14,433 nt of DNA. Source: Promethearchaeota archaeon (GTDB lineage Archaea; Asgardarchaeota; Lokiarchaeia; Sigyniarchaeales; SOKP01). The translations under genes and the position numbers were made by a program. The DNA is taken from positions 1 to 14,433 of the forward strand of contig JAGXNO010000068.1 in the NCBI GenBank assembly GCA_019894975.1, in the 5' to 3' direction. This document shows, in pieces, positions 1-7,810 of the stretch (its first letter is position 1; the number at the start of each line of letters is the position of its first letter). Below the pieces are notes generated by a model. It made no database searches. It had not been told where the DNA came from and was given only the letters and a program-made list of their open reading frames with translations.

Positions 1-249
1 GACATGGATCGAGACTTGAAAATATTCCCGGCTTCTAATGAAGAAACTGAAGGACTTAGTGGAAAAATGATGGATAGCTGGATATCATTCGCCAGAAGTG
101 GAAACCCAAATCATCAAGAAATTCCAGATTGGGAGCAGTATGGAAAAAATAGAGCAACAATGATATTTGGAAAGGATTTAAAAATAGTAAATGATCCATA
201 TAGTAAAGAAAGAGCTATATGGGATGATATCTTAACATTTAAAAACTAG
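1..249 (+). CDS. Type-B carboxylesterase/lipase, C-terminal fragment (gene begins upstream of the window)
   Basis: Frame is open from base 1. LSGKMMDSWISFARSGNPN...W.QY...ATMIFG is the typical COesterase C-terminus and aligns with the end of the paralogue at 7811-9310. Confidence 0.9.
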   Translation, partial: DMDRDLKIFPASNEETEGLSGKMMDSWISFARSGNPNHQEIPDWEQYGKNRATMIFGKDLKIVNDPYSKERAIWDDILTFKN

Positions 250-329
250 AAGAAAACCATAAAAAAAATTATCGGATAGACTATGACAGATTTAGAACTA
301 TATGAAAAATTTAATAACCTTTCCAAATC

Positions 330-671
330 TTAATTTGCTATTTTTATATGATTGTTTGGGGTCAATATGAGGTACTGATCACCAAGACGACCCATTGAGC
401 CCCCATTCTCTCTTAAGAACATCTTTATATCTTCGATACCTCTCTTAAGCTCAGAGATTTCTATGTTTTCTAAAATTTCCTTAGCATTAATAAGAAGAAT
501 TTTTCGTCCAAGTAATTGCTTTTTAATATCCTCCACTTGATTGATATCAGAAAAATCATATTTCTTTATTATGAAGTTCTGTAACAACGAAGAATACTCC
601 TTAGAAAATCCCATGGCTTCTTGCGGTGACCCTAAAAGTTCATTAGCCTTATGATTGCGAAATTTACCCAT
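330..671 (-). CDS. sepF: Archaeal-type cell division protein SepF (DUF552-like)
   Basis: 113 aa. The pattern IKKYDFSDINQVEDIKKQL..RKILLIN...LKRGIEDIK...NGGSMGRLGDQYLILTP matches the archaeal SepF core (GGDIARxGxxYLILTP-like). Confidence 0.8.
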   Translation of the reverse strand: MGKFRNHKANELLGSPQEAMGFSKEYSSLLQNFIIKKYDFSDINQVEDIKKQLLGRKILLINAKEILENIEISELKRGIEDIKMFLRENGGSMGRLGDQYLILTPNNHIKIAN

Positions 672-872
672 TATTATAAAACCAACTTTAATTTAGAGTT
701 AAAATCAAATAGCACTACTTTCACTAATATAAAGAATCAGAACTATTTTAAATAGAAGAATTATTCGGACATATATCCTCATGACATGGGGATATTATAT
801 AAGGAATTTACAAATTAAACTCATTGTTGTAAAATTTTCGTTAAAAAATCTCCTTCTTATTTTCCCGCGATA

Positions 873-888
873 GGAAAACTTAAATAAA
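873..888 (+). promoter_or_regulatory. BRE/TATA promoter of the nitroreductase gene
   Basis: GGAAAA followed directly by CTTAAATAAA, ending about 20 nt before ATG 909, the spacing of a near-leaderless archaeal transcript. Confidence 0.55.
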
Positions 889-908
889 TTAATTCACCAA
901 GAATCAAT

Positions 909-1445
909 ATGGAACTAACTAGTAATGAATTTATAGAATTCATAAAAGAGAGAAAAAGCGTCAGAAGCTTCGTATACAAAACGATAAGTAAGGACATAAT
1001 AAATAATATAATTGAAGCCGCTCGTTGGGCTCCTTCTGGAAATAACAGTCAACCTTGGAAAGTCTGTATTGTTATCCATCCTACTCTTAAGCGAATGCTT
1101 GCCGACCTTACTAAGTACGGGGGCACTATTGAAGAAGCTTATGTAAATTTCGTAATTTTCTTAGATTTGGAAAGAGGATATGATAGAACAAAAGACTTAC
1201 AGGCAATTGGAGCGTTCATACAGAATATGCTTTTAGCTGTTCATGCTCAGGAAGATCTCGGTGCTGTATGGATTGGTGAAATAATAAATAGAAAAGAGGA
1301 GGTCAATGAAATTTTTAAATTCCCTGTAGAAAAATTTGAATTAATGGGAGTAGTGGCAATGGGGATAGTTGATGAGGCTAGAGAAAAAGCTCGTGAGGAA
1401 TCACGAGAACGTCGCTCAGTAGATGAGTTTACTGATTGGTATTAA
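909..1445 (+). CDS. Nitroreductase family protein (FMN-dependent)
   Basis: RKSVRSF FMN-binding motif, APSGNNSQPW, and QNMLLAVHA...LGAVWIG. Confidence 0.93.
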   Translation: MELTSNEFIEFIKERKSVRSFVYKTISKDIINNIIEAARWAPSGNNSQPWKVCIVIHPTLKRMLADLTKYGGTIEEAYVNFVIFLDLERGYDRTKDLQAIGAFIQNMLLAVHAQEDLGAVWIGEIINRKEEVNEIFKFPVEKFELMGVVAMGIVDEAREKAREESRERRSVDEFTDWY

Positions 1446-1459
1446 ATCTCAAATTTTTT

Positions 1460-2767
1460 TTAACTTTTCTGTTCTTCTAGTGATTCAACCACTTGGGGAT
1501 TTAAAATTTTGATTCCAAAGACAAAAAATGGTATCAAAGCCCATTCAACTAGAATTGAAATAACGAATGGTATAGTTTGATTGATATCGAATACGAGACC
1601 ACCCAGAATTGGACCAATTATCATTCCCAAAGAATCGAAGGAAGTAATTAACCCAAAGATCTTTCCCCTATGTTTTATTGAAACACGACTGAGGAAATTT
1701 ATAAAAACAAATCCCGCTGTAAGCATAATAGTATTGTCAATTACAAGTAACACTGAAAAAACCCATATGTTTCTAGTGAAGAATACAATAATCCAGGTTA
1801 CTATACCTCCAATAATACTCGTGATAGAAAGAGTAAGGTAAGGATTAATTTTATCAGCGATAACACCTAATTTAGGGGCAATAAGAGTACCTATTATAGT
1901 TGCGGGAAGATAAAACCAACTAATTAATGCAGCGGGTTCGCTTAAATTTGTGAAAACAATTGGTAAAATGAAGGGTCTATATATACCCATATTAATAGCT
2001 CCTAAAATCAGAGCAAAAAACAATAAAACTATCCCAAATATATATAGTATTGATGATTTCCCAGGTTGAATGTTATCGTTAATTTCTGAATCAGCAGATT
2101 CTCCATTATCTTCAGGATATTGAAATTTTTCATTTTCATCAACAGTTAAAGAAAATCTAATCCCTGCATAGAAATTTGCTACACCAAAGATAGGAATTGC
2201 ACAAAACATAAGAAAGACGTTATCAGGAGTAAAAATGCTTGTTAATCCAAATATGGTAAATCCAACTACTGTCCCTATTACTTGACCAATACCAAGTGCG
2301 AATCTTCTGCGTCCAAATGCAGAAGAGCGGTGATGCTTCGAGGATTTTTCCGAGATAAGGGTGTCCAACGGAACCCAAAAAAGCATTGCACCAAGACCTA
2401 GCAGAAATGAACTAATATAAATTCCCGGTAGAGACGCCATAATTATTGAAGCATAAAGTCCGAAATATGATAACCCACGCCCGAATGACCCTATCATTAC
2501 TAATTTTTGTTTGGAGATATGGTCAGTTAAATATCCAATGAATAAAGAGCTAATCAAACCGCCAAAAGTTAAAAATGCAGGAAATAGGCCAATTGTTAAA
2601 CCAGATCCTTCCCAAACCTGACTTAACATATAAATCATAATAAAATCTACAAAAAAGAGTCCAAGTGCATTCCAAACAACGATAAAAATAACTGAATCGA
2701 AATCAGCTGTAAACTTATGATTATGGGGTACCGATGGCTTTCTAGATGTCTTTATTTTCGACTGCAT
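1460..2767 (-). CDS. MFS transporter
   Basis: 435 aa with about 12 hydrophobic segments in two halves separated by an acidic loop. Motif A-like GYLTDHISKQK and GVIADKINP, plus RGKIFG and IGPILGG. Confidence 0.92.
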   Translation of the reverse strand: MQSKIKTSRKPSVPHNHKFTADFDSVIFIVVWNALGLFFVDFIMIYMLSQVWEGSGLTIGLFPAFLTFGGLISSLFIGYLTDHISKQKLVMIGSFGRGLSYFGLYASIIMASLPGIYISSFLLGLGAMLFWVPLDTLISEKSSKHHRSSAFGRRRFALGIGQVIGTVVGFTIFGLTSIFTPDNVFLMFCAIPIFGVANFYAGIRFSLTVDENEKFQYPEDNGESADSEINDNIQPGKSSILYIFGIVLLFFALILGAINMGIYRPFILPIVFTNLSEPAALISWFYLPATIIGTLIAPKLGVIADKINPYLTLSITSIIGGIVTWIIVFFTRNIWVFSVLLVIDNTIMLTAGFVFINFLSRVSIKHRGKIFGLITSFDSLGMIIGPILGGLVFDINQTIPFVISILVEWALIPFFVFGIKILNPQVVESLEEQKS

Positions 2768-2859
2768 TATAACAAATATAAAAAAGGTTTAGAGAAAAAA
2801 AGTTTTTCGATTTCAAAATTCTGTCTAATTTCGAAACTTGTTAGTTGGACTAGATATTT

Positions 2860-3507
2860 TTATAACCAGAAATGAAAAATCCCCGAGAATATAGGTCCAA
2901 TCCAATAAAAGAAGCGAACCCAGTAGATCCAAGTAACTCCAAGAAATAATAGAGCATATAGAAAACCAAATACAAACCCAAATATAACGTCAATTGGAAA
3001 ATGCACCCCCAAAATTAATCTCGAAATTGCTATAACAATATCTAAAGAAAGAAATATTGCTAGAATAATCCAATTTTGAAAGTAAAATGCAAAAATGAAG
3101 CCAAAAAGTAAAAAAAAAGCAACATGACCACTTGGAAATGATTGTCTTTCAGATTCTCGCATTATATAAGGAATTTTTAAGAAATCATCATGTTTTTTGA
3201 CACCGTCAGTCTTTAACTTAATATACGGTCGATTTCTCTTTACAATTTTATATCTAACAATAACATGAAGTATTATCGATTGCTCAAAACCACTGGTAAA
3301 AATAACTAGAAGGTAATAATCCTTAGTTATATATCCATAAATAAACCAAATTAACCATACTAATCCCCAAAAATAGAGAGAACCTAGAAAACTAATAACA
3401 ATAGAAAATTTTTTAGTTCGTTTACTAAAATCACTTCTATATATATTAAGGAAAGCCTTATGATCCCATTCTTCTATTTTTTCAAGATATTCCGACAATA
3501 ACGACAT
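2860..3507 (-). CDS. PAP2 family membrane phosphatase (lipid/polyprenyl-pyrophosphate phosphatase-like)
   Basis: All three PAP2 motifs are present: K..KRNRP, SFPSGH and SRLILGVHFPIDV. Several TM segments. Confidence 0.93.
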   Translation of the reverse strand: MSLLSEYLEKIEEWDHKAFLNIYRSDFSKRTKKFSIVISFLGSLYFWGLVWLIWFIYGYITKDYYLLVIFTSGFEQSIILHVIVRYKIVKRNRPYIKLKTDGVKKHDDFLKIPYIMRESERQSFPSGHVAFFLLFGFIFAFYFQNWIILAIFLSLDIVIAISRLILGVHFPIDVIFGFVFGFLYALLFLGVTWIYWVRFFYWIGPIFSGIFHFWL

Positions 3508-3551
3508 AAAGTTAACAATGGTGAGGATTTGAGTAAAGTTAGAAAAAGAAG

Positions 3552-3567
3552 TATATATAATTTTTCC
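3552..3567 (-). promoter_or_regulatory. BRE/TATA promoter of the PAP2 gene
   Basis: Minus strand reads GGAAAAA-TTATATATA, about 45 nt upstream of ATG 3507. Confidence 0.55.
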
Positions 3568-3769
3568 TACTTCTAATCATCTTGATTGATTCTATTGTTA
3601 AGAATATAATTAGTATTATCTTCAAGAATTTGATAACATCACCCAATTTTCTGCTATGTAGAAACAACAAAGCTTAAGAATCTTAAAGTTTTCTCTTATC
3701 TATCAATAAAATTAATGTAGCTAGGTTTCATTTTCTGAATGTAATACCATACTATTTGTAGTGAGAATT

Positions 3770-4276
3770 ATGAGTGTAAATTCAGGATTTTCTGAAGAAA
3801 GTTTAAGAAAAATAGCTGCACAAAAAGTCAGTTTTAGGTTTTCCGTGAAGATTCACGTAGCAATTTTTATTGTTGTAAACCTTTTGCTCTTAATTGTTAA
3901 TTTTTTCTATACTCCAGAGCTATATTGGATTGTATTTCCCTTCTTTTCATGGTTAATAGGTGTAAACTTGCATACATTATCCTATTTATTATATGCAAGA
4001 GGTGTTTATCCAACGGCTAAAAGAGGTATCATTTATCATTTAGACTCCTATATATTTGTGATGTTATTACTATGTATCATTAATTTGACGACACTTTCAG
4101 AGTTCTATTGGGTATTTTTTCCAGCACTTTTTTGGGGTGCTGGAATTGCGTTGCATCTAATAATTTACATACTTTATTATAGGGGAAAAAGTAAGAAACT
4201 TGGTAAATTTGAATCAAGAAAAGAGCGAGCAGTTGAAAAAGAAATGAAGAAAATGAGAAAAAATCAGAGTAAATAA
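3770..4276 (+). CDS. Membrane protein with two tandem 2TM domains
   Basis: Two 40-aa repeats of H-x14-N-x5-E-x-YW-x2-FP-x3-W-x2-G-x2-LH resemble the 2TM (PF13239) signature, followed by a basic tail (ERAVEKEMKK). ATG 3770 is preferred over GTG 3761, which lies in an SD-like GTGAG. Confidence 0.82.
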   Translation: MSVNSGFSEESLRKIAAQKVSFRFSVKIHVAIFIVVNLLLLIVNFFYTPELYWIVFPFFSWLIGVNLHTLSYLLYARGVYPTAKRGIIYHLDSYIFVMLLLCIINLTTLSEFYWVFFPALFWGAGIALHLIIYILYYRGKSKKLGKFESRKERAVEKEMKKMRKNQSK

Positions 4277-4298
4277 AAAGTTAAAAGGAAATAATTTA

Positions 4299-4925
4299 AT
4301 GTGGTTAGGAAAATTCTTAGACATTGAAGATGATAAAAATGAGTTAAAATCTAAGATAAATGAGGAACTGTTAAATACGCTCCATAAGAATAAATTAACA
4401 CCACTTGAATTTACAATAATCGAAAGTATTTTTAATAGTAAACAACTATCCGGATATGATTTGATAAGAAATTTAAACAGACATTTTGCTGGTACTTGGG
4501 AAGCTCAATCCGGTACTATTTATCCAATACTATCAAAACTTGAGAAAGATGGCTTTTTGAAGGCTCAAAAAGTTAAAAGCCCTATAGGGCCATTAAGAAA
4601 AGTATACTCCTTAACTGAAGCTGGTGAAAAATTATTGAAATATAAGGTTAATAAAAACTACCTTGATCAACTAAAATTCATTGAAAATTTCTTAGTGGAA
4701 CTTTCTTCAATTTATATTCATTCATTTCCAGAAAAGGAGAAGAAGGAAAGAATTGAAGAAATTCGAGAAATTCTGCAACTTACTTTAAAAAGTGTTATGA
4801 ACAACATTCCTGCTACTCTCGAGTCTAATACAATATGTAATGAATGTGGCTCTGAAATTGGCCGAGAAGTAGTATATTGTCCTAATTGTGGAACTTCTTT
4901 ATTTGATACAATAACCAATGAATAA
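4299..4925 (+). CDS. PadR-family winged-helix regulator with C-terminal zinc ribbon
   Basis: SGYDLI...W...SGTIYPILSKLEKDG...RKVYSLTEAG is the PadR signature. The C-terminus has CNECG...CPNCG. Confidence 0.9.
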   Translation: MWLGKFLDIEDDKNELKSKINEELLNTLHKNKLTPLEFTIIESIFNSKQLSGYDLIRNLNRHFAGTWEAQSGTIYPILSKLEKDGFLKAQKVKSPIGPLRKVYSLTEAGEKLLKYKVNKNYLDQLKFIENFLVELSSIYIHSFPEKEKKERIEEIREILQLTLKSVMNNIPATLESNTICNECGSEIGREVVYCPNCGTSLFDTITNE

Positions 4926-4952
4926 AAAAAATAAAAGATTTACTAAAGGGTT

Positions 4953-6203
4953 TTATTCAATTTCAATATTGAATTTTTTGAAAATTTTTTCAACCTCATC
5001 AGTAGCTAAATTCCTTAAGATCTCTCCTAAGGGAGCAAGAACTTCTTCTTGCTGTGCTTTTCTATTCTGGCTAATTCTCCCTTCAATTACCTCAAAACTA
5101 GATTGAGCCCAACTATACCTATCATTAAATGTAAACCAAACTTGTTTATATGCTTTCTCCGTCCCACCATCTCTTGCTAAAGGCTTTTTCTCGACCGATA
5201 CATCCGGATCTTGTAGATAACACCAATCTAATATTACCCATTCAAGTTTTCTTGAAGATTCTGGTCTATCCGCCAGATAAATGCAATATGCATGGCCTCC
5301 TTCTTCCGATGAGGGAAACAGGGGATTTGTCATTACTTGAGCGGCTACCACTTTTACTCTCCAAGAAGGAATTCCCGAATTTATTAAAAGACTGGCGATT
5401 AAAATTGCACCATCTTCGCAATCTCCAATCTCTGATTGTATAGATTCAAAAGGGAACTGCCAAAACTCAGGACAATCAACAGATTCATCATCTCCAATAT
5501 ACTTAAGGAATTCGCATACAAATTTTTGGATTACCCATGCCGTCTCATTTGCCGTTTTACGGTGTAAACCTACATGGCTAATGACATACCAAAGAATTGC
5601 ATCATTATCTTTAATGAATGATTTTACGTCCGCATCAATTTGCTTTTTATATGATTCTCCTCTCAATGCCCGAGAAGTATAAATAATTGGTGCTGTTTCC
5701 CATTTACTATTCCAATATTCAGAACCAAATTTTCCATAATCTCCCACAAATGGTTTAATTTCGATTAAATCAGGGGGAGTTATAATTTCTTGCTCTTTCT
5801 TTTCTTTTTTTTCTGGCACACCTGAGAGAGATTTAGCTCCGTTTATCCATTTTTGTACTTCATTCACAGTTGGTGCCTTTGCAAGAACTTTTGGTTTCTC
5901 TTTTTTCAACTCTTTTAATTTGGACACAAGAGAATTTGCACTTCTTCTTGCAAATTCCTTTACTGAATCAATTCCAACTAAATTCAAGGCATTTGCAATC
6001 TTTGGATCAATACCATCAATCCTCATTAAATCTGCATGCTCCTGCCATGAATCAAGAAGTTCAGCAGAAACACCAATCTTTTTCGCCAACTTCTTAATTT
6101 GATTTCCAGTTAAAGGTAATAAATCTTCAACATTCCCGAATCCTTCTTTTTCAAGAAGAGCAGCCTGTTTTTCATTAATTCCAATAATTTCTATTATTTT
6201 CAT
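4953..6203 (-). CDS. DUF4332 (HhH-like) domain fused to a transglutaminase-like cysteine protease domain
   Basis: Residues about 1-126 resemble DUF4332 (IIEIIGI...LE..G...VEDLL; W.EHADLMRIDGI...GIDSVKEFARR...PTVNEVQKWI). The C-terminal part has FWQFPFE, GDCED (C262), GGHAY (H304) and ILDWC (D326), a Cys-His-Asp triad. Confidence 0.82.
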   Translation of the reverse strand: MKIIEIIGINEKQAALLEKEGFGNVEDLLPLTGNQIKKLAKKIGVSAELLDSWQEHADLMRIDGIDPKIANALNLVGIDSVKEFARRSANSLVSKLKELKKEKPKVLAKAPTVNEVQKWINGAKSLSGVPEKKEKKEQEIITPPDLIEIKPFVGDYGKFGSEYWNSKWETAPIIYTSRALRGESYKKQIDADVKSFIKDNDAILWYVISHVGLHRKTANETAWVIQKFVCEFLKYIGDDESVDCPEFWQFPFESIQSEIGDCEDGAILIASLLINSGIPSWRVKVVAAQVMTNPLFPSSEEGGHAYCIYLADRPESSRKLEWVILDWCYLQDPDVSVEKKPLARDGGTEKAYKQVWFTFNDRYSWAQSSFEVIEGRISQNRKAQQEEVLAPLGEILRNLATDEVEKIFKKFNIEIE

Positions 6204-6288
6204 GTTTAATGCTCATAAATTTTATTCAACTATAATAAACCGTATAACTTTAAAAAGTCATTATTAATTTTTTATAAAAAATCTTACC

Positions 6289-6990
6289 TTAAAAATGAAT
6301 AATAAATTTCCTTTTTCGCTTTTCCAATGAAACCGCTAAAAGCACTTTATTTTGTACTAATTCAAAAATCAATTCTGCTATTTCTTCCTTATCTAACTTT
6401 ATTGAGTCAACAATTTCATTAAATAATCTTTCTAATGAATAATTCCCTTTAGTTGTATGCGAAAGAGTTTTAGCAATTTGATACACTTTTTTAGATTTTG
6501 AAGAGAGTTTCTTTCCCTTCGTCGACCCTATTTTAAAGGGTAAAGTCAAGTATAAGTGGAATACGTCTTCAATAATATCTTCAACATTCTGTTTTGATTT
6601 GGATTGTTTTCGAAAAATTGAAATGTCTCCCTGAAGCTTTGTATATAGATTAGCTATTTCGTTTTCATATTGACCCTCAAATATTTCACAAAAAAACTTT
6701 AAAATCTCCCTTGTAAATAGAGTAGGGATTTTACTAAGAATTAACGTTATCCAGATCATCTTACCCGCACGAGAAATTAGATACTTTCCCTCTAAAGTTG
6801 CCTGTTCAATTTCTCCTTGTTCAAGCGGTAAATCTAAGACCTCATAATGAATAGAACTTCGAAATGTGTCAAGAAAATCGGGATCAAAACTACCTGCTGT
6901 CTTATAGAATATAATATCCCGAGACTCTCTATGAGTTATAATTATATATTCAATTGATATTGCTAGTGATAAATATTCTGAAATTGGAAT
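6289..6990 (-). CDS. Longin-like domain plus C-terminal winged-helix protein (233 aa if it starts at ATT 6990)
   Basis: The frame stays open for 77 codons upstream of the tracked ATG 6759, up to TAG at 6991-6993. The added sequence IPISEYLSLAISIEYIIITHRESRDIIFYK...FDPDFLDTFRSSI...EIEQATLEGKYLISRAGK completes a beta-beta-alpha-beta-beta-beta-alpha longin-like pattern. KVYQIAK...SLERLFNEI...KEEIAELIFELVQNKVL is wHTH-like. Confidence 0.7.
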   Translation of the reverse strand: MPISEYLSLAISIEYIIITHRESRDIIFYKTAGSFDPDFLDTFRSSIHYEVLDLPLEQGEIEQATLEGKYLISRAGKMIWITLILSKIPTLFTREILKFFCEIFEGQYENEIANLYTKLQGDISIFRKQSKSKQNVEDIIEDVFHLYLTLPFKIGSTKGKKLSSKSKKVYQIAKTLSHTTKGNYSLERLFNEIVDSIKLDKEEIAELIFELVQNKVLLAVSLEKRKRKFIIHF

Positions 6991-7039
6991 CTATCCTTTC
7001 TATTATGATTTCTTATGTATATTGAATAACACTTTAATA

Positions 7040-7056
7040 ATTTATAATTTTGTTCG
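7040..7056 (-). promoter_or_regulatory. BRE/TATA promoter of the longin-wHTH gene
   Basis: Minus strand reads CGAACAAAA-TTATAAAT about 50 nt upstream of 6990, with an SD-like GAAAGGA at 6994-7000. Confidence 0.5.
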
Positions 7057-7169
7057 GTCCCCATTAATATAACATCACTTTTCATCAAGATTTTACCCAA
7101 AAATTGAAGAAAACATTCATTCTATTGGTCTTCTAGTAATTTATAAATTAAGAAGTCTATTTCATCATA

Positions 7170-7772
7170 ATGTCATTAATTAGCGATTTATATAAAATAC
7201 AAAAAAAAGATCTTAAGAACGCAGTAGATGTACTCACTAATGCTTTTTCTGAAGAATCAATGTGGGACGAAGTATTTAATGATGAAGATAAGAACCGTGT
7301 ACTAACTGAAGTTATGGTTAGATTTTGTTTGAAATACGGTAATGTCTTATCGACGTCTGATAATTTAGAAGGAATAATAGCAATTGCACCACATGATAAA
7401 GAAATGACAGCATTAAGAGTTATTCGAAGTGGTGCTTTTTTTCTTTCAATGAAAATATCAAACGAATCAAAGAAAATGAAAGTTCTCAGTAATTCAATTG
7501 AAGAAGCAAAGAAAAGTCTTAATTTAAGCCCATATATACATCTATTAATAATGGGTGTTTCACAAGAATTTCAAGGAAAAGGTTTTGGGGGAAAATTATT
7601 AAGAGCAGTCATAGAAAAAGCTGAAACAGAAGGAAAACCTATATATTTGGAGACTCAAAAGGAAGGTAATGTTAGTCTCTATGAAAAGTATGGATTTTCC
7701 GTAAAGAAAAAAATATTTCTTCCAGAACCATTGAATTTACCAATGTGGTTAATGCTTAGAGATACGAAATAA
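7170..7772 (+). CDS. GNAT family N-acetyltransferase
   Basis: Acetyl-CoA motif GVSQEFQGKGFGGKLL, plus IYLET and NVSLYEKYGF. TTTATAAA lies at 7140-7147, 22 nt before the ATG. Confidence 0.93.
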   Translation: MSLISDLYKIQKKDLKNAVDVLTNAFSEESMWDEVFNDEDKNRVLTEVMVRFCLKYGNVLSTSDNLEGIIAIAPHDKEMTALRVIRSGAFFLSMKISNESKKMKVLSNSIEEAKKSLNLSPYIHLLIMGVSQEFQGKGFGGKLLRAVIEKAETEGKPIYLETQKEGNVSLYEKYGFSVKKKIFLPEPLNLPMWLMLRDTK

Positions 7773-7810
7773 ATTTGAGTAAAATTTTTATTATCTTAAT
7801 TTCTTGTTTT

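Noticed and set aside
1581-1841. 86-aa plus-strand ORF
   Set aside because: Antisense shadow inside the MFS gene with no recognisable motif.
3675-3687. TTAAGA-A-TCTTAA palindrome as a PadR operator
   Set aside because: Only 6-bp, AT-rich arms, which is expected by chance.
4718-5106. Short ORFs 4718-4918 (-) and 4918-5106 (+)
   Set aside because: They overlap PadR and the DUF4332 fusion on the opposite strands and have no protein-like features.
5150-6102. ORFs 5150-5443, 5870-6097 and 5920-6102 (+)
   Set aside because: Antisense to the well-supported 416-aa gene.
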